DNA of 64,000 nt from Alphaproteobacteria bacterium (GCA_021776235.1 JAJFGG010000011.1:38248-102247); one strand, 5' to 3'; positions 46,832 through 57,213 are shown, counted from the stretch's first letter. A program made the numbers and translations. Notes: generated by a model not told the origin, from the sequence alone.

Positions 46832-49267
46832 TTGATCCTTCGAATTCTCTATTTTCTGGGTCTCCTGTTGTTTGCCGGCATGGAAAGTCGCGTGGCGGTG
46901 GCGCAGGCATCCGGACCTATGCCGTCATACAGTCGCGCGGTCAAAGACTGGACCTGGACCTTTAAACAGGTTGCGGCCTTTGCCAGACACCCTGACATGG
47001 ACCCCGCCCTGGCAGAAGAGCAGCTTGAAAAATTATCCGAAATCAAAGATTTGGCGACGCGGTTCCTGGCCGATGGCAACGCACGGCTCAAAACGTTGAA
47101 GCGAGTGGCCGACGCCCTGGGCCCGGCCCCTGGTGAAGATGCGGAACCGGAACCGGTGGTGCTCGCGGCGAAACGCAAGAAGAATAGTGTAGAGACCGCC
47201 TTTTATCATGCCCGGATAGTCGAGGCAGCGCTGGCGATCGCACGCGCCGACGAACTGGAGTTCAAGATCCTGTCCCGGCGCCGGGAAGCGCAGATCGATA
47301 CTCTGTTTCAACGCTATCCATCACCGTTCCTCCCATCGACGATGCAGGTGGCAATCCCGGAGCTCTTGGCGGAATTTCGGTCACTCGGATATTTGCCATT
47401 CACCTGGTGGGATGATCTGACGCCCGGTCAACGCCAGGACATACCGCTGGGATATTTTTTTATCGTCATCGTGGCGGCCGGTTTTCTCGGCTGGGCTGGC
47501 CGAAACTTTCTGTTGCGCAATTTTGGCCGGGACCTGAATCTCGCCAACCCGGGTTACGGGCGACGGTTACTTGCGGCCATCGCAGAAGGGCTGGCACGCG
47601 GCATTATTCCAGCCTTGGTCCTTGCCGGAATAATGTGGCACGTTTCCAGTCCGGGTGCGATGATCCGCAGCGAAATTGTCGATGTTATCGTCGCGCTTTG
47701 CATGGGCTTGATCGTCGTCATTCTGGCGGTCGTCCTGCCCCGCAGTGTTTTGGCGCCTTCGTCGCCGGATTGGCGACTGTCTCCTGTCGGCGCGGCGCAA
47801 GGTCATGCGATTTGCCGGCGGATCATATGGCTTGCATGCATATTTTCATTCGACCTTTTCGCGCGCATTGCTGGAAATACCGGGGCCAGTTCACCGGAGC
47901 TGGTTTCCCTTTACACCATGGTTAGCAACAGCCTTGGCGGCGCAGGTCTGTTGCTCCTGACGCGCGGCGTTCTTTGGCAGCAACAAGGCCCGGAGGAGGG
48001 CGAAAGCGGGTCGGTACCCCCTGCGTCAGACATCGATAAACCCTGGTATTCGTTTTGGCCGTCACTCCGTGTCCTCATTGCTTTAACCAGCGTCATCGGC
48101 ATCGCCGCGGCCGCTGTCGGTTATAGCCTGCTTAGCCATTATTTGATCAAAAATTTGATCATCAGTGGTTTGATCATCGGCGGCTTGTTTTTGTCGAGGG
48201 GGTTGTTACGCGAAGTTATCGGTTATGCCACCAGAGCGCATTGGGCAACCGTAACTCTTGGTCTCGCCCACCGGACAAGGCTGCGCATCAAGTTTTGGGC
48301 CCGGTTGGCCGTTGAAATCCTACTTGTGGTCTTTGGCATTGCAACGATCGTTCCGCAGTGGGGCGTGCCATTCCATGAGCTGTTGCTCTGGCTGGCTAAG
48401 ATCTTGCAGGGCTTCAATGTCGGTAGCATCAGAATTTCAATTGTCGACATCGCAATCGGCATCGGCGTTTTTCTCATTGGATTGTCAGCAACCCGCATGT
48501 TGCAGCGGACCCTGAATGAACAGGTGCTGCCGAACACCCAGCTTGATACTGGCGTGCAGGATTCCCTGTCGTCTGGGTTTGGATACGTTGGCCTGGTCAT
48601 TGCCGGCGCGCTGGCGGTCTCGGTTGCCGGCTTTGATCTTTCGAATATTGCGCTGATTGCGGGCGCACTTTCGGTCGGCATTGGTTTCGGACTGCAGAAT
48701 GTCGTCAACAACTTTGTTTCCGGTATAATTTTGCTGATCGAACGACCGGTAAAGGTTGGCGACTGGGTGGTCATCGGCGGCAATGAAGGCCTCATCCGGC
48801 GAATAAATGTCCGGGCGACGGAAATTCAAACCTTCCAACGTGCGTCCGTGATCATTCCCAACGCGGATATTCTTTCCAGTGCTGTTACCAATTGGACCCA
48901 CAAGGACCGGCAGGGCCGGGTCGAGATCACGGTTGGCGTTGCCTACGGATCCGACACTGCCCTCGTCGAAAAAATTCTGCTGGAATGCGCGGCGGAACAC
49001 CAGAGTGTGCAGGATTATCCCGCACCCTTTGTCCTGTTCCAGGACTTTGGCGCCAGCAGCCTTGATTTCGACTTGCGCTGCTATACCGCGGACGTAAATT
49101 CCCGTATCAGGATAGCCAGCAACCTCCGGTTTGCCATCGACCAACGTTTCCGGGAAGAAGGCATTGTAATCCCCTTCCCGCAACGGGTTGTGCACCTACC
49201 CGACAACGCGGCTGATATGGCACCGAACGGCGACACCGCTTCGGACCGAGATACCGACAAGCAGTGA
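46832..49267 (+). CDS. Mechanosensitive ion channel-family protein (large MscK/KefA-like form of MscS)
   Basis: 811 aa with an N-terminal periplasmic domain, multiple TM helices and a C-terminal MscS core (…VKVGDWVVIGGNEGLIRRINVRATEIQTFQRASVIIPNADIL…). Confidence 0.85.
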   Translation: MILRILYFLGLLLFAGMESRVAVAQASGPMPSYSRAVKDWTWTFKQVAAFARHPDMDPALAEEQLEKLSEIKDLATRFLADGNARLKTLKRVADALGPAPGEDAEPEPVVLAAKRKKNSVETAFYHARIVEAALAIARADELEFKILSRRREAQIDTLFQRYPSPFLPSTMQVAIPELLAEFRSLGYLPFTWWDDLTPGQRQDIPLGYFFIVIVAAGFLGWAGRNFLLRNFGRDLNLANPGYGRRLLAAIAEGLARGIIPALVLAGIMWHVSSPGAMIRSEIVDVIVALCMGLIVVILAVVLPRSVLAPSSPDWRLSPVGAAQGHAICRRIIWLACIFSFDLFARIAGNTGASSPELVSLYTMVSNSLGGAGLLLLTRGVLWQQQGPEEGESGSVPPASDIDKPWYSFWPSLRVLIALTSVIGIAAAAVGYSLLSHYLIKNLIISGLIIGGLFLSRGLLREVIGYATRAHWATVTLGLAHRTRLRIKFWARLAVEILLVVFGIATIVPQWGVPFHELLLWLAKILQGFNVGSIRISIVDIAIGIGVFLIGLSATRMLQRTLNEQVLPNTQLDTGVQDSLSSGFGYVGLVIAGALAVSVAGFDLSNIALIAGALSVGIGFGLQNVVNNFVSGIILLIERPVKVGDWVVIGGNEGLIRRINVRATEIQTFQRASVIIPNADILSSAVTNWTHKDRQGRVEITVGVAYGSDTALVEKILLECAAEHQSVQDYPAPFVLFQDFGASSLDFDLRCYTADVNSRIRIASNLRFAIDQRFREEGIVIPFPQRVVHLPDNAADMAPNGDTASDRDTDKQ

Positions 49268-49340
49268 TAAAGACCTCTTGAGACGCCACGGGCGTCTCGG
49301 GCGGGCGTAAAACCCTGTCCATCCGAATGGAGTCCTGTAA

Positions 49341-51638
49341 TTGCCGCTTGGTGTTATCCCTACAGTCATTGATATTATGAAAAACGCAAGAATCAGCAAT
49401 TCTCTCAAGACGGGGATGCGAAGAATGAAATCACTCATCGCTGGGGCAGCTATCATAATTGCCTTGCTGACAGCAGGCCTGACAGAGGTTTTTGCTCAGC
49501 AAAGGCCGGCTGTGGAGCGGCCCAAGATTGGCCTGGTTCTTTCCGGCGGCGGCGCGAAGGGCGCCTCTCATGTCGGTGTGATCAAGGTTCTGGAGGAACT
49601 GGGCGTTCCCATTGACTACATCGCCGGTACCAGCATGGGTGCAATCGTCGGCGGACTTTATGCCTCCGGCTTATCATCGGAAGAGCTTGCAACAGCCATT
49701 AAGTCAATCGACTGGGAGGACATTTTCGACGACAAGCCGCCCCGTGAGAACCGGGATTTTCGGCGCAAGTTAGATGATGAAGGTTTCCTTGTCCGCTACA
49801 AGCTGGGCTTCAAGGATGGCAGTTTCCACCTGCCCCGTGGCGTCATCAACGGTCAGAAACTCAATCTTGTTCTTCGTGAATTGTCGATAAATGCCATTGG
49901 CAAAAAGGACTTCGATAAGTTGAAGATCCCATTTCGGGCGGTCGCGGCGGATATCGAAACCGGCGAAACCGTCATTCTTGCTTCAGGGGACCTGGCAAGA
50001 GCAATGCGGGCGAGCATGGCCGTCCCCGGCGCTTTCCCACCGGTAGATATCGATGGCCGCCTGCTGGTCGATGGCGGTCTCGCCGACAACGTGCCGATCA
50101 ATGTGGCGCGCAAAATGGGCGCCGACATCGTGATTGTCGTTGGCTTTCCGGCAAACTTGAAAAAGCGCGGTGAGTTGAAAAGCGCCCTCGACATCGTCTT
50201 CCAGTCGTTGGATCTATTGATTGGGCAGAACTCCCGCATTCAATTGAAGACGCTGAAATCCCATGATGTTTATATCGAGCCTGCATTGGGCGATATCAGC
50301 GCGTCGAGTTTCGATCGCGCGCCTGACGCCATCGCAATAGGAGAGCAGGCCGCGCGATCCCACTTGAAAGTATTGCAGGGTTTAGTGCAACCGCAAATGG
50401 CTCCGCGGTTGGTGGTCTCGCAAGCCACGGCCTCGGAAAACGAGGCGTTCATCATCGATTTCATCCGTATTGAAAACAGATCGAGACTGTCCGACGATCT
50501 AATTTCCGTCCGCCTGCGTCAAAAACCAGGCGACACCCTGGACATCGACACACTCGAACAGGACATAGCGCAGATTTATGGCCTCGATTATTTTGAAACC
50601 GTCACATATACGGTGGTCGTCGAAAAAGACAAGACGGGCATCGTTGTCACCGCGACAGAAAAAAGTACCGGGTTGGACTCCTTCAGGTTCGGGCTGAATC
50701 TTGAAAGCGATTTCGACGGCGACAGCGATTTTAACGTCAGTGTACGATACCAGAAGGAAGGCTTGAACGAACTGGGTGGTGAACTACTTTTGCAGGCCAT
50801 TGCCGGCGAAAAGCTGGGCGCGACGGTGAATTTTTTACAACCGCTTGATCCGGGCACCAGATACTTCATCAATGGAAGCCTGGATTATCTGGAACGTGAC
50901 GTTTTTGTATTCCAGAACGGCCGCAGAATCGGCGAGGTCCGGATCAGCGAATTTGAGGCCGGCTTGAACCTGGCGCGTCAGCTCGGCAATTGGGGCGCTG
51001 TTTCGATAGGACTGGACCATGGCTATGGATGGCAGGATGATGTTGTTGGCACCACCACCCCGCAAGACGATGACTATGGCACCGGCAGCTTCTATACCCG
51101 ATTCAATTACGACACCCTGGATCAACTCGGATTCCCAAAGACCGGCGCCAAGGCAAAGGCCGAGTTTCGGCGTTTAAGCGAAACACTAGGTGGCGAGGAG
51201 GACTTCAGCAAATCTACCGCCAGCTTCGTGACGGCCCATACATGGGACCGCAATACGATCCTACTTGGCGGTGACGCAGGAATTACCCATGACGGCGAAG
51301 GTTTCGTTCAGGACCTATTCGAACTGGGCGGCTTCTTTAATTTATCGGGATTGCTGACAGATTCGCTAAGCGGGCAGAATTTCGCGTTGGGCGAAATGAT
51401 TTATTACCGCAATATTGTGAAGGGGAGCGGATTGATCAAATTTCCGGTTTATCTGGGCGCCTCTCTGGAAGCGGGAAATGTCTGGGACGACCGCAGCGAT
51501 ATGAGCCTTGACGATCTGGTGATTGCCGGCAGCGGCTTTCTTGGCGTCGACACGCCACTCGGTCCGGCCTATCTGGCTTACGGCCGCGCCGAGGGCGGTA
51601 ACAGCGCCGTCTATTTCTTCCTGGGGCAGACTTTCTAG
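49341..51638 (+). CDS. Patatin-like phospholipase fused to an Omp85/BamA-type outer-membrane beta-barrel (PlpD-like)
   Basis: Patatin motifs GGGAKGASHVG and GTSMG (GxSxG), then DGG. A C-terminal ~400 aa beta-strand-rich surface-antigen domain ends in an aromatic residue (…YFFLGQTF). The start may be ATG 49425 (MKSLIAGAAIII). Confidence 0.8.
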   Translation: MPLGVIPTVIDIMKNARISNSLKTGMRRMKSLIAGAAIIIALLTAGLTEVFAQQRPAVERPKIGLVLSGGGAKGASHVGVIKVLEELGVPIDYIAGTSMGAIVGGLYASGLSSEELATAIKSIDWEDIFDDKPPRENRDFRRKLDDEGFLVRYKLGFKDGSFHLPRGVINGQKLNLVLRELSINAIGKKDFDKLKIPFRAVAADIETGETVILASGDLARAMRASMAVPGAFPPVDIDGRLLVDGGLADNVPINVARKMGADIVIVVGFPANLKKRGELKSALDIVFQSLDLLIGQNSRIQLKTLKSHDVYIEPALGDISASSFDRAPDAIAIGEQAARSHLKVLQGLVQPQMAPRLVVSQATASENEAFIIDFIRIENRSRLSDDLISVRLRQKPGDTLDIDTLEQDIAQIYGLDYFETVTYTVVVEKDKTGIVVTATEKSTGLDSFRFGLNLESDFDGDSDFNVSVRYQKEGLNELGGELLLQAIAGEKLGATVNFLQPLDPGTRYFINGSLDYLERDVFVFQNGRRIGEVRISEFEAGLNLARQLGNWGAVSIGLDHGYGWQDDVVGTTTPQDDDYGTGSFYTRFNYDTLDQLGFPKTGAKAKAEFRRLSETLGGEEDFSKSTASFVTAHTWDRNTILLGGDAGITHDGEGFVQDLFELGGFFNLSGLLTDSLSGQNFALGEMIYYRNIVKGSGLIKFPVYLGASLEAGNVWDDRSDMSLDDLVIAGSGFLGVDTPLGPAYLAYGRAEGGNSAVYFFLGQTF

Positions 51639-51650
51639 AGTGTGTCGCGG

Positions 51651-51896
51651 CTAATCGAGACCCAACAGTTCGTCGACTTTTTCCGGGCCCAGCTCGGGGC
51701 CAAACAACAGCTCGTCATCGACCTGCAGCACCGGCGAGGAGCGGATGTTGTGGCTATCGATGAAGGCCGCCGCATCCTCGTCCATCATCAGGTCCTTGGC
51801 CACGAATTCCACATCATGGGCCCGCAAATAAGCCTTCAACTGCTCGCATGGCGCACACAAAGGCGTCGAGTAGACGGTCACTGATCTGGCTGCCAT
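51651..51896 (-). CDS. Glutaredoxin-like protein (NrdH/YruB-like, CxxC)
   Basis: VTVYSTPLCAPCEQLKAYL…SSPVLQVDDELLFG. Immediately downstream of, and abutting, the predicted selenoprotein. Confidence 0.75.
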   Translation of the reverse strand: MAARSVTVYSTPLCAPCEQLKAYLRAHDVEFVAKDLMMDEDAAAFIDSHNIRSSPVLQVDDELLFGPELGPEKVDELLGLD

Positions 51897-52793
51897 CTAG
51901 GCTTTCCCCTCCTCTTTCAGCTTGCGGTACAGGGCCTTTTTCTCCAACCAGGCGTTTTTGACCTCTTCGGTCTGCCAGGGTTGATCCTGGGTGAAGACCT
52001 TGGCCTTCCAATCCTCGCCCTTGGACCATTCAAACGGCGTCTGTACCGTCGTACGGGGCCCCTCGGCGCTTTCCAGCAGGTCCAGGGCCATGGCTATGAT
52101 CTGGCGCTGCATGGCAACTTTGCCGGGCTCGCCGCAAGGGCTACCCAGAGGAAAATCGGTGAACAGCAATCGAGGTACGCCGCAGGTTTCGACAATATCA
52201 CGAGCGGCGGCGACGATGACGGTGGGAATACCGTTCTCTTCCAGGTAACGTGCGACCAGACTCACGGTCTGGTGGCAAACCGGTCAGACCGGCGTCAGCA
52301 GCGCGACATCCACCTCTTCATCCCGGCAACGCCGCAATATCTCCGGCGCATCCACATCCAGGGTCTTGCGCTGGGAATAGGCATTGTATACGCCATAGGC
52401 CGTTGGCGCGAAGCTGGCAAAGCGCCCTTCCGCCTGGACCTCCTGCAACCGGGTCACCGGGAAATAGGCGTTTACATCCTCCAGCGAGGTCGCGTTTTTA
52501 TCATAGCTATGGGTTTGGCTGTAAAGGTCTTCTACAGGCGTATCGCTTGGCACTCCATAGACATTGGCCGGCGCGCCCTTTTCCTGTGGCGTGCGTTGAT
52601 CTTCCCAGGTGCGCACCGCGATCTCGGACGTCGAAATCAGGGCCAGGCGGCTTTCCGCCAAAGGCTTGCGCAATGGCGTGAACGGCACATCGTCAAATTT
52701 GGCCCATTGGTAGGGCTTATCGTAGCCTTCCGCCTGATAATAGGCCCGGGTCTTGTCAATATAGCGAACATAACTCATAGGGCACTCCTCCAT
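51897..52793 (-). CDS. Predicted selenoprotein of the glycine/sarcosine/betaine/D-proline reductase selenoprotein B (GrdB/PrdB) family; in-frame TGA (Sec) at 52284..52286
   Basis: Track ORFs 52284..52793 and 51897..52265 are in the same frame, separated only by TGA: …VALLTPV-U-PVCHQTV SLVARYLEENG…. A stem-loop (ACCAGAC-CGUGA-GUCUGGU) begins 11 nt 3' of the UGA, like a bacterial SECIS element. Combined length about 298 aa. Confidence 0.55.
52255..52273 (-). other. SECIS-like hairpin 11 nt downstream of the in-frame UGA
   Basis: mRNA UGA CCG GUU UGC C-ACCAGAC-CGUGA-GUCUGGU. A 7-bp perfect stem, extendable by 3–5 further pairs with one mismatch. The apical loop contains GU. Confidence 0.5.
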
Positions 52794-52933
52794 TCTTACG
52801 GCCCGCCGCAGGCAGCCGCTAAACGCAAACTATACTCCAGTATGGTAGTTTCCCTCTACCCTCGCAAGGCTTGCCCGGCCTTATATATACAGGCTGTCCA
52901 GTAGGATAACGCGGTTGACGGGAGTGAACTGGC

Positions 52934-54574
52934 ATGGATTGGCACGGCGTTACCATTGGTCAGGCATTGCGGCGTTCGGCCCAATCGTGGCCCGACAACG
53001 ATTTTGTAATTGGCATGGGAAAACGGCTCTCATACGCCGAGTTTGACGCACAGGTTGACCGCCTGGCCCTGGGTCTGCTGGGTCTGGGGGTCGTCCGAGG
53101 CGATCATGTGGCCTGCTGGCTGACCAACAGCCCGGCCTGGCTGTTGACCTGGTTTGCCTGTTGCCGCATTGGCGCCACCGTGGTCTCCATCAACACGCGC
53201 TATAAGATTGCGGAGGTTGAATACATTCTGCGGCAATCGGATGCCAAAGTGTTGGTGGCCATGCCGTATTACTGGAATATCGACTATCTCGAAATGCTTC
53301 GCGGCATGGCGCCGGTATTCGAAGACGCGGTACCGGGCCGGATGCAGGTGGCGGCATTGCCCCAGTTACGCGCCGTGGTGTTGTGGGATGACGTGGAACA
53401 TCCGGGCACGATTTCGCAAAGCGCCCTGATGGCGGCTTCACGGGATAGGGCAGATCTGGCGGCGGCCGAAGCTTTGGTACGGACCGAAGACCCGGTTATA
53501 ATAATCTACACTTCCGGCACCACGGGCCAGCCAAAGGGCGCCATGCATTGCCACGCGGTGCTGATTGAAGGCCAAAACATCGCCAACGCCATGCATATGG
53601 AAGCAGGCGACAAGGTGCTGGGCCACATGCCGCTGTATCATGTGGCCGGCAGCGTGGCGACGACCCTGCCGGCCATGCAGAACGGTTGCAGCCTGGTGAC
53701 CATGGACGAATGGGACGCAGCAAAGGCCCTGGATCTGATCGAACGGGAACGCATCGCCATCATGGGCGGTATCCCGACGCACTTTTTTGACCTGTTGAGC
53801 CAACCTGGCGTAGAGGCGCGGGATACCCATTGCCTGAAGACGGCCTGGATCGGCGGCGCCCCGGTAACCCCGGCCATCGCCCGGCGGGTCAAGACGACCC
53901 TGCATTTCGAGGCACTACAGGCGGTCTATGGTATGACCGAGACCATGGGGATGACGACCCTTAGTGCGTTTGATGCTCCCATCGAAGTGACCTGCGAAAA
54001 CAAGGGCAAACCAATCGGCGATTACGAAATCGGTGTCTTTGATCCCGAGACCGGTGTCAAAAAGGCGATGGGCGAGGATGGTGAAATCTGGGTACGCGGC
54101 TATCTGGTCATGCAGGGTTATTACAAGGACCCCGAGGCGACCCGGGCGGCGATCACGCCAGAAGGCTGGTTCCGCACTGGCGACCTGGGTCAGATGGACC
54201 GTGACGGTTATTTGAAAATCACCGGCCGGGCCAAGGAAATGTTCATCGTCGGCGGCTCCAATGCCTACCCGGCCGAAATCGAACGTTTCCTGGAAACCTG
54301 CGGCGCCATTTACCAGGCAGTGGTCTGCGGCGTACCCGACGCGAGACTGGGCGAAGTCGGCTTTGCCTTCGTCATGCCCGCCCCCGGCGCCAGCCTGCGC
54401 CAGGGGGATGTCATCAGTCATTGCCGCGGCGCCATCGCGGACTACAAGGTTCCCCGGTACATCCAGATCGTCGACGATTTCCCGCGCACCTCGACCAACA
54501 AAATTCAGCGCTATCTGTTGCAGCAGGAGGCCCTGGGCCGGTTTCCCGAAGAGCCTGTGACAAGCACTGATTGA
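52934..54574 (+). CDS. AMP-dependent acyl-CoA synthetase/ligase
   Basis: IIYTSGTTGQPKGAM (AMP-binding), WFRTGDLG, and GRAKEMFIVGGSNAYPAEIE motifs. Confidence 0.9.
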   Translation: MDWHGVTIGQALRRSAQSWPDNDFVIGMGKRLSYAEFDAQVDRLALGLLGLGVVRGDHVACWLTNSPAWLLTWFACCRIGATVVSINTRYKIAEVEYILRQSDAKVLVAMPYYWNIDYLEMLRGMAPVFEDAVPGRMQVAALPQLRAVVLWDDVEHPGTISQSALMAASRDRADLAAAEALVRTEDPVIIIYTSGTTGQPKGAMHCHAVLIEGQNIANAMHMEAGDKVLGHMPLYHVAGSVATTLPAMQNGCSLVTMDEWDAAKALDLIERERIAIMGGIPTHFFDLLSQPGVEARDTHCLKTAWIGGAPVTPAIARRVKTTLHFEALQAVYGMTETMGMTTLSAFDAPIEVTCENKGKPIGDYEIGVFDPETGVKKAMGEDGEIWVRGYLVMQGYYKDPEATRAAITPEGWFRTGDLGQMDRDGYLKITGRAKEMFIVGGSNAYPAEIERFLETCGAIYQAVVCGVPDARLGEVGFAFVMPAPGASLRQGDVISHCRGAIADYKVPRYIQIVDDFPRTSTNKIQRYLLQQEALGRFPEEPVTSTD

Positions 54575-54598
54575 TACCAATTGTCCTTGAAATAACGC

Positions 54599-56464
54599 CT
54601 ATTCCGCCGCGTCCTTGGCCAAGAACCCGCCGGACTGGCGCGACCACAATTCCGCGTAAAGACCGTCGCGCCGAAGCAGGCTTTCGTGGTCGCCCTGTTC
54701 GATGATCCGGCCCCGGTCCATGACGATCAGGCGATCCATGGCGGCGATGGTGGAGAGGCGATGGGCGATAGCGATCACGGTTTTGCCCGCCATCAGGGCC
54801 TGAAAGCTTTCCTGGATGGCGGCCTCTACCTCCGAATCCAGGGCCGAGGTGGCCTCGTCCAATATCAGGATGGGAGCATCCTTCAACAACACCCGGGCAA
54901 TGGCGATGCGCTGGCGCTGACCGCCCGATAATTTGACGCCGCGCTCGCCCACGTGGGCCTGATAGCCATGGCGGCCCTGGCCATCTTCCAACTCCTGGAT
55001 GAAATCGTGGGCGTGGGCGGCGTGGGCCGCCGCCGCCACCTCCGCGAAGGTCGCGCCCGGCCGGCTGTAGCTGATGTTATCCAGGACAGAGCGATGCAGC
55101 AGTGATGTATCCTGGGTCACCATGCCGATCTGGGCCCGCAGGCTGTCCTGGGTGACCCCGGCAATATCCTGGCCGTCGATCAGGATGCGGCCATCCTGCA
55201 AGTCGTAGAATCGCAACAGCAGGCTGACCAGTGTTGATTTGCCGGCGCCGGAGCGGCCGACGATGCCAACTTTCTCGCCGGGCCGGATGTCCAGATCCAG
55301 GCCGCTGATGACGCCCTCGTCTACATCCTCGCGCGCCTTGCCATAGTTGAAATGTATATGGTCATAACGGATGCCACCGGCGCTAACCCGCAAATCCTGG
55401 GCGTCGGCCGCATCATCGATGGCGCGTTCGCGGGCGATGGTGATGACGCCATCCATCACCACGCCGACATTCTCGAACAGGTTGGAGGCTTCCCACATGA
55501 TCCATTGCGACATGCCTTGCAGCCGCAGCACCAAACCAACGGCCAGAGCGATGGCGCCGGCGGTGGTTGCATCGATGTACCAGAGCCAGACAGCCATCCC
55601 GGCAATAGCGAAAATCAGGCAACCGTTCATAATGTGCAGGGTTATGGTCAATAAGGTGGATAGGCGCATCTGCCGGTATACCGGGTCCAGAAAGGCCTCC
55701 ATCCCTTCCCGTGCATAGCCGTCCTCGTAGGCTGCATGGGCGAACATCTTGACCGTGCCAATATTGGTATAGCTGTCCACCACCCGTCCGGTGACGACGG
55801 AACGGGCCTCGGCCTGGGCCATGGATATGTCCCGCAAACGGGGCACGAAATAGCGCATTGCGAGCACATAACCAATGAACCAGATGATCATCGGCGCCGT
55901 CAGGCGCAGGTCGCTACTGGCGAACAGGACCACGGCGGCGGTGAAATAAACCGCCACATACAGCAGAACCTCGGTCAGCTTCATGACGATATCGCGCACC
56001 GCCAATGCCGTCTGCATCATCTTGGCGGCAACCCGGCCGGCGAAATCGTCCTGATAGAACTCCATGCTTTGCCGCAGCAGATAGCGGTGCGCCTGCCAGC
56101 GGGTGCGCATGGCAAAGTTTCCCAACAGGCCCTGATTGTGAATTGATTCAGAAATGAACTTCAGGGTCGGCAGCAACAGCAGCACCACAAGGCCCATGAT
56201 CACCAACTGGCCGCCATGATCATTCCAAAATTCCGCCCGCCGCGCCGTCGCCAGCCAATCGACCATACGTCCCAGAAAGGCGAATAAGGCTACTTCCAAA
56301 ACTGCAATAATGGTGGAAAACAGGGCCGACGCCGCCAGCAGCGGCCAGAAAGGCTTGGCGTAGTGCAGGATGAACGGGATCAGCGAAGCCGGCGGCATAT
56401 CCGGCTGCGCTGCCGGCAATGGATCGGTCCGGCGCTCCAACCAACGAAAAAACCTGGCGCTCAC
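54599..56464 (-). CDS. ABC transporter ATP-binding/permease fusion (type I exporter)
   Basis: N-terminal 6-TM domain; C-terminal [37 protein letters not shown]. Confidence 0.9.
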   Translation of the reverse strand: MSARFFRWLERRTDPLPAAQPDMPPASLIPFILHYAKPFWPLLAASALFSTIIAVLEVALFAFLGRMVDWLATARRAEFWNDHGGQLVIMGLVVLLLLPTLKFISESIHNQGLLGNFAMRTRWQAHRYLLRQSMEFYQDDFAGRVAAKMMQTALAVRDIVMKLTEVLLYVAVYFTAAVVLFASSDLRLTAPMIIWFIGYVLAMRYFVPRLRDISMAQAEARSVVTGRVVDSYTNIGTVKMFAHAAYEDGYAREGMEAFLDPVYRQMRLSTLLTITLHIMNGCLIFAIAGMAVWLWYIDATTAGAIALAVGLVLRLQGMSQWIMWEASNLFENVGVVMDGVITIARERAIDDAADAQDLRVSAGGIRYDHIHFNYGKAREDVDEGVISGLDLDIRPGEKVGIVGRSGAGKSTLVSLLLRFYDLQDGRILIDGQDIAGVTQDSLRAQIGMVTQDTSLLHRSVLDNISYSRPGATFAEVAAAAHAAHAHDFIQELEDGQGRHGYQAHVGERGVKLSGGQRQRIAIARVLLKDAPILILDEATSALDSEVEAAIQESFQALMAGKTVIAIAHRLSTIAAMDRLIVMDRGRIIEQGDHESLLRRDGLYAELWSRQSGGFLAKDAAE

Positions 56465-56491
56465 CGCCTATCCCCCAAAAAACACGTCAGC

Positions 56492-57109
56492 TTAATCTTC
56501 GGCCCCCGCGGCCAGACCGGCGTTGAAACGCGCATCGGCTTGCCGAAAAACCTTGCGGGTGTTTTCCATGTCCCAGGCTTCCTCGATCAGGGATTCGTGA
56601 TCCCACTGGCTGCGCAGCTGAGGTGGGTTAAAGAAGTCGCCGCCGTAGACATGGATGGCGCTGGTTAGTTTCCGGATCGGGTTGGCTACCGAATGAATGA
56701 TTTCCGGTCCCAGGGTGGCCACCTGCCCCACGCCAAGGGAATCGGCCCCTGCCGCTTCCAAATTGGGGGCTAAATTGTCCTTGCCTATGCGGCGCCAGAA
56801 CAGGTTGTCTTCGCGCCCACCATAAATGCCGATGACGGCGAACATATGGTGGTTATGAGGCAGCAAAGTCATATAGGGCGCCCAGACGAAATTAATCACG
56901 GTCAGGTCAGCGGCCTGATACAACGGATATACGCCGGCCTGGGTAGGCTCGCCCAGTTCGGCAATAACACCTGCGGGTTCGGCGACCGCTTCCAAGGTAA
57001 GCTCGCGGATGGCCTTCTGCCCGTCGGCGACCGCAACCTTGCAGTCCTCGATAAACCGATCCTTCTGAAACATTTGAAAAGCCCTTTCCTGCGGCAAAAA
57101 TGCGGACAA
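56492..57109 (-). CDS. Cupin-like (DSBH) predicted metal-dependent enzyme
   Basis: His-rich segment LPHNHHMFAVIGIYGGRE; about 200 aa. Weak family call. Confidence 0.4.
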   Translation of the reverse strand: MSAFLPQERAFQMFQKDRFIEDCKVAVADGQKAIRELTLEAVAEPAGVIAELGEPTQAGVYPLYQAADLTVINFVWAPYMTLLPHNHHMFAVIGIYGGREDNLFWRRIGKDNLAPNLEAAGADSLGVGQVATLGPEIIHSVANPIRKLTSAIHVYGGDFFNPPQLRSQWDHESLIEEAWDMENTRKVFRQADARFNAGLAAGAED

Positions 57110-57213
57110 ACCGCCTCGAATCGAATGCGCGAGTTTAGCCGCAGGCCAAAGACAGCGCCATCATTCAGCTTCGCTATAGCGATAATGGCGGACCCGGCCC
57201 GCGGGCTTTGCAG

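Noticed and set aside
51897-52793. Annotating 51897..52265 and 52284..52793 as two separate hypothetical genes
   Set aside because: They share one frame, separated only by TGA with a SECIS-like hairpin 3' of it. Annotated instead as a single predicted selenoprotein.
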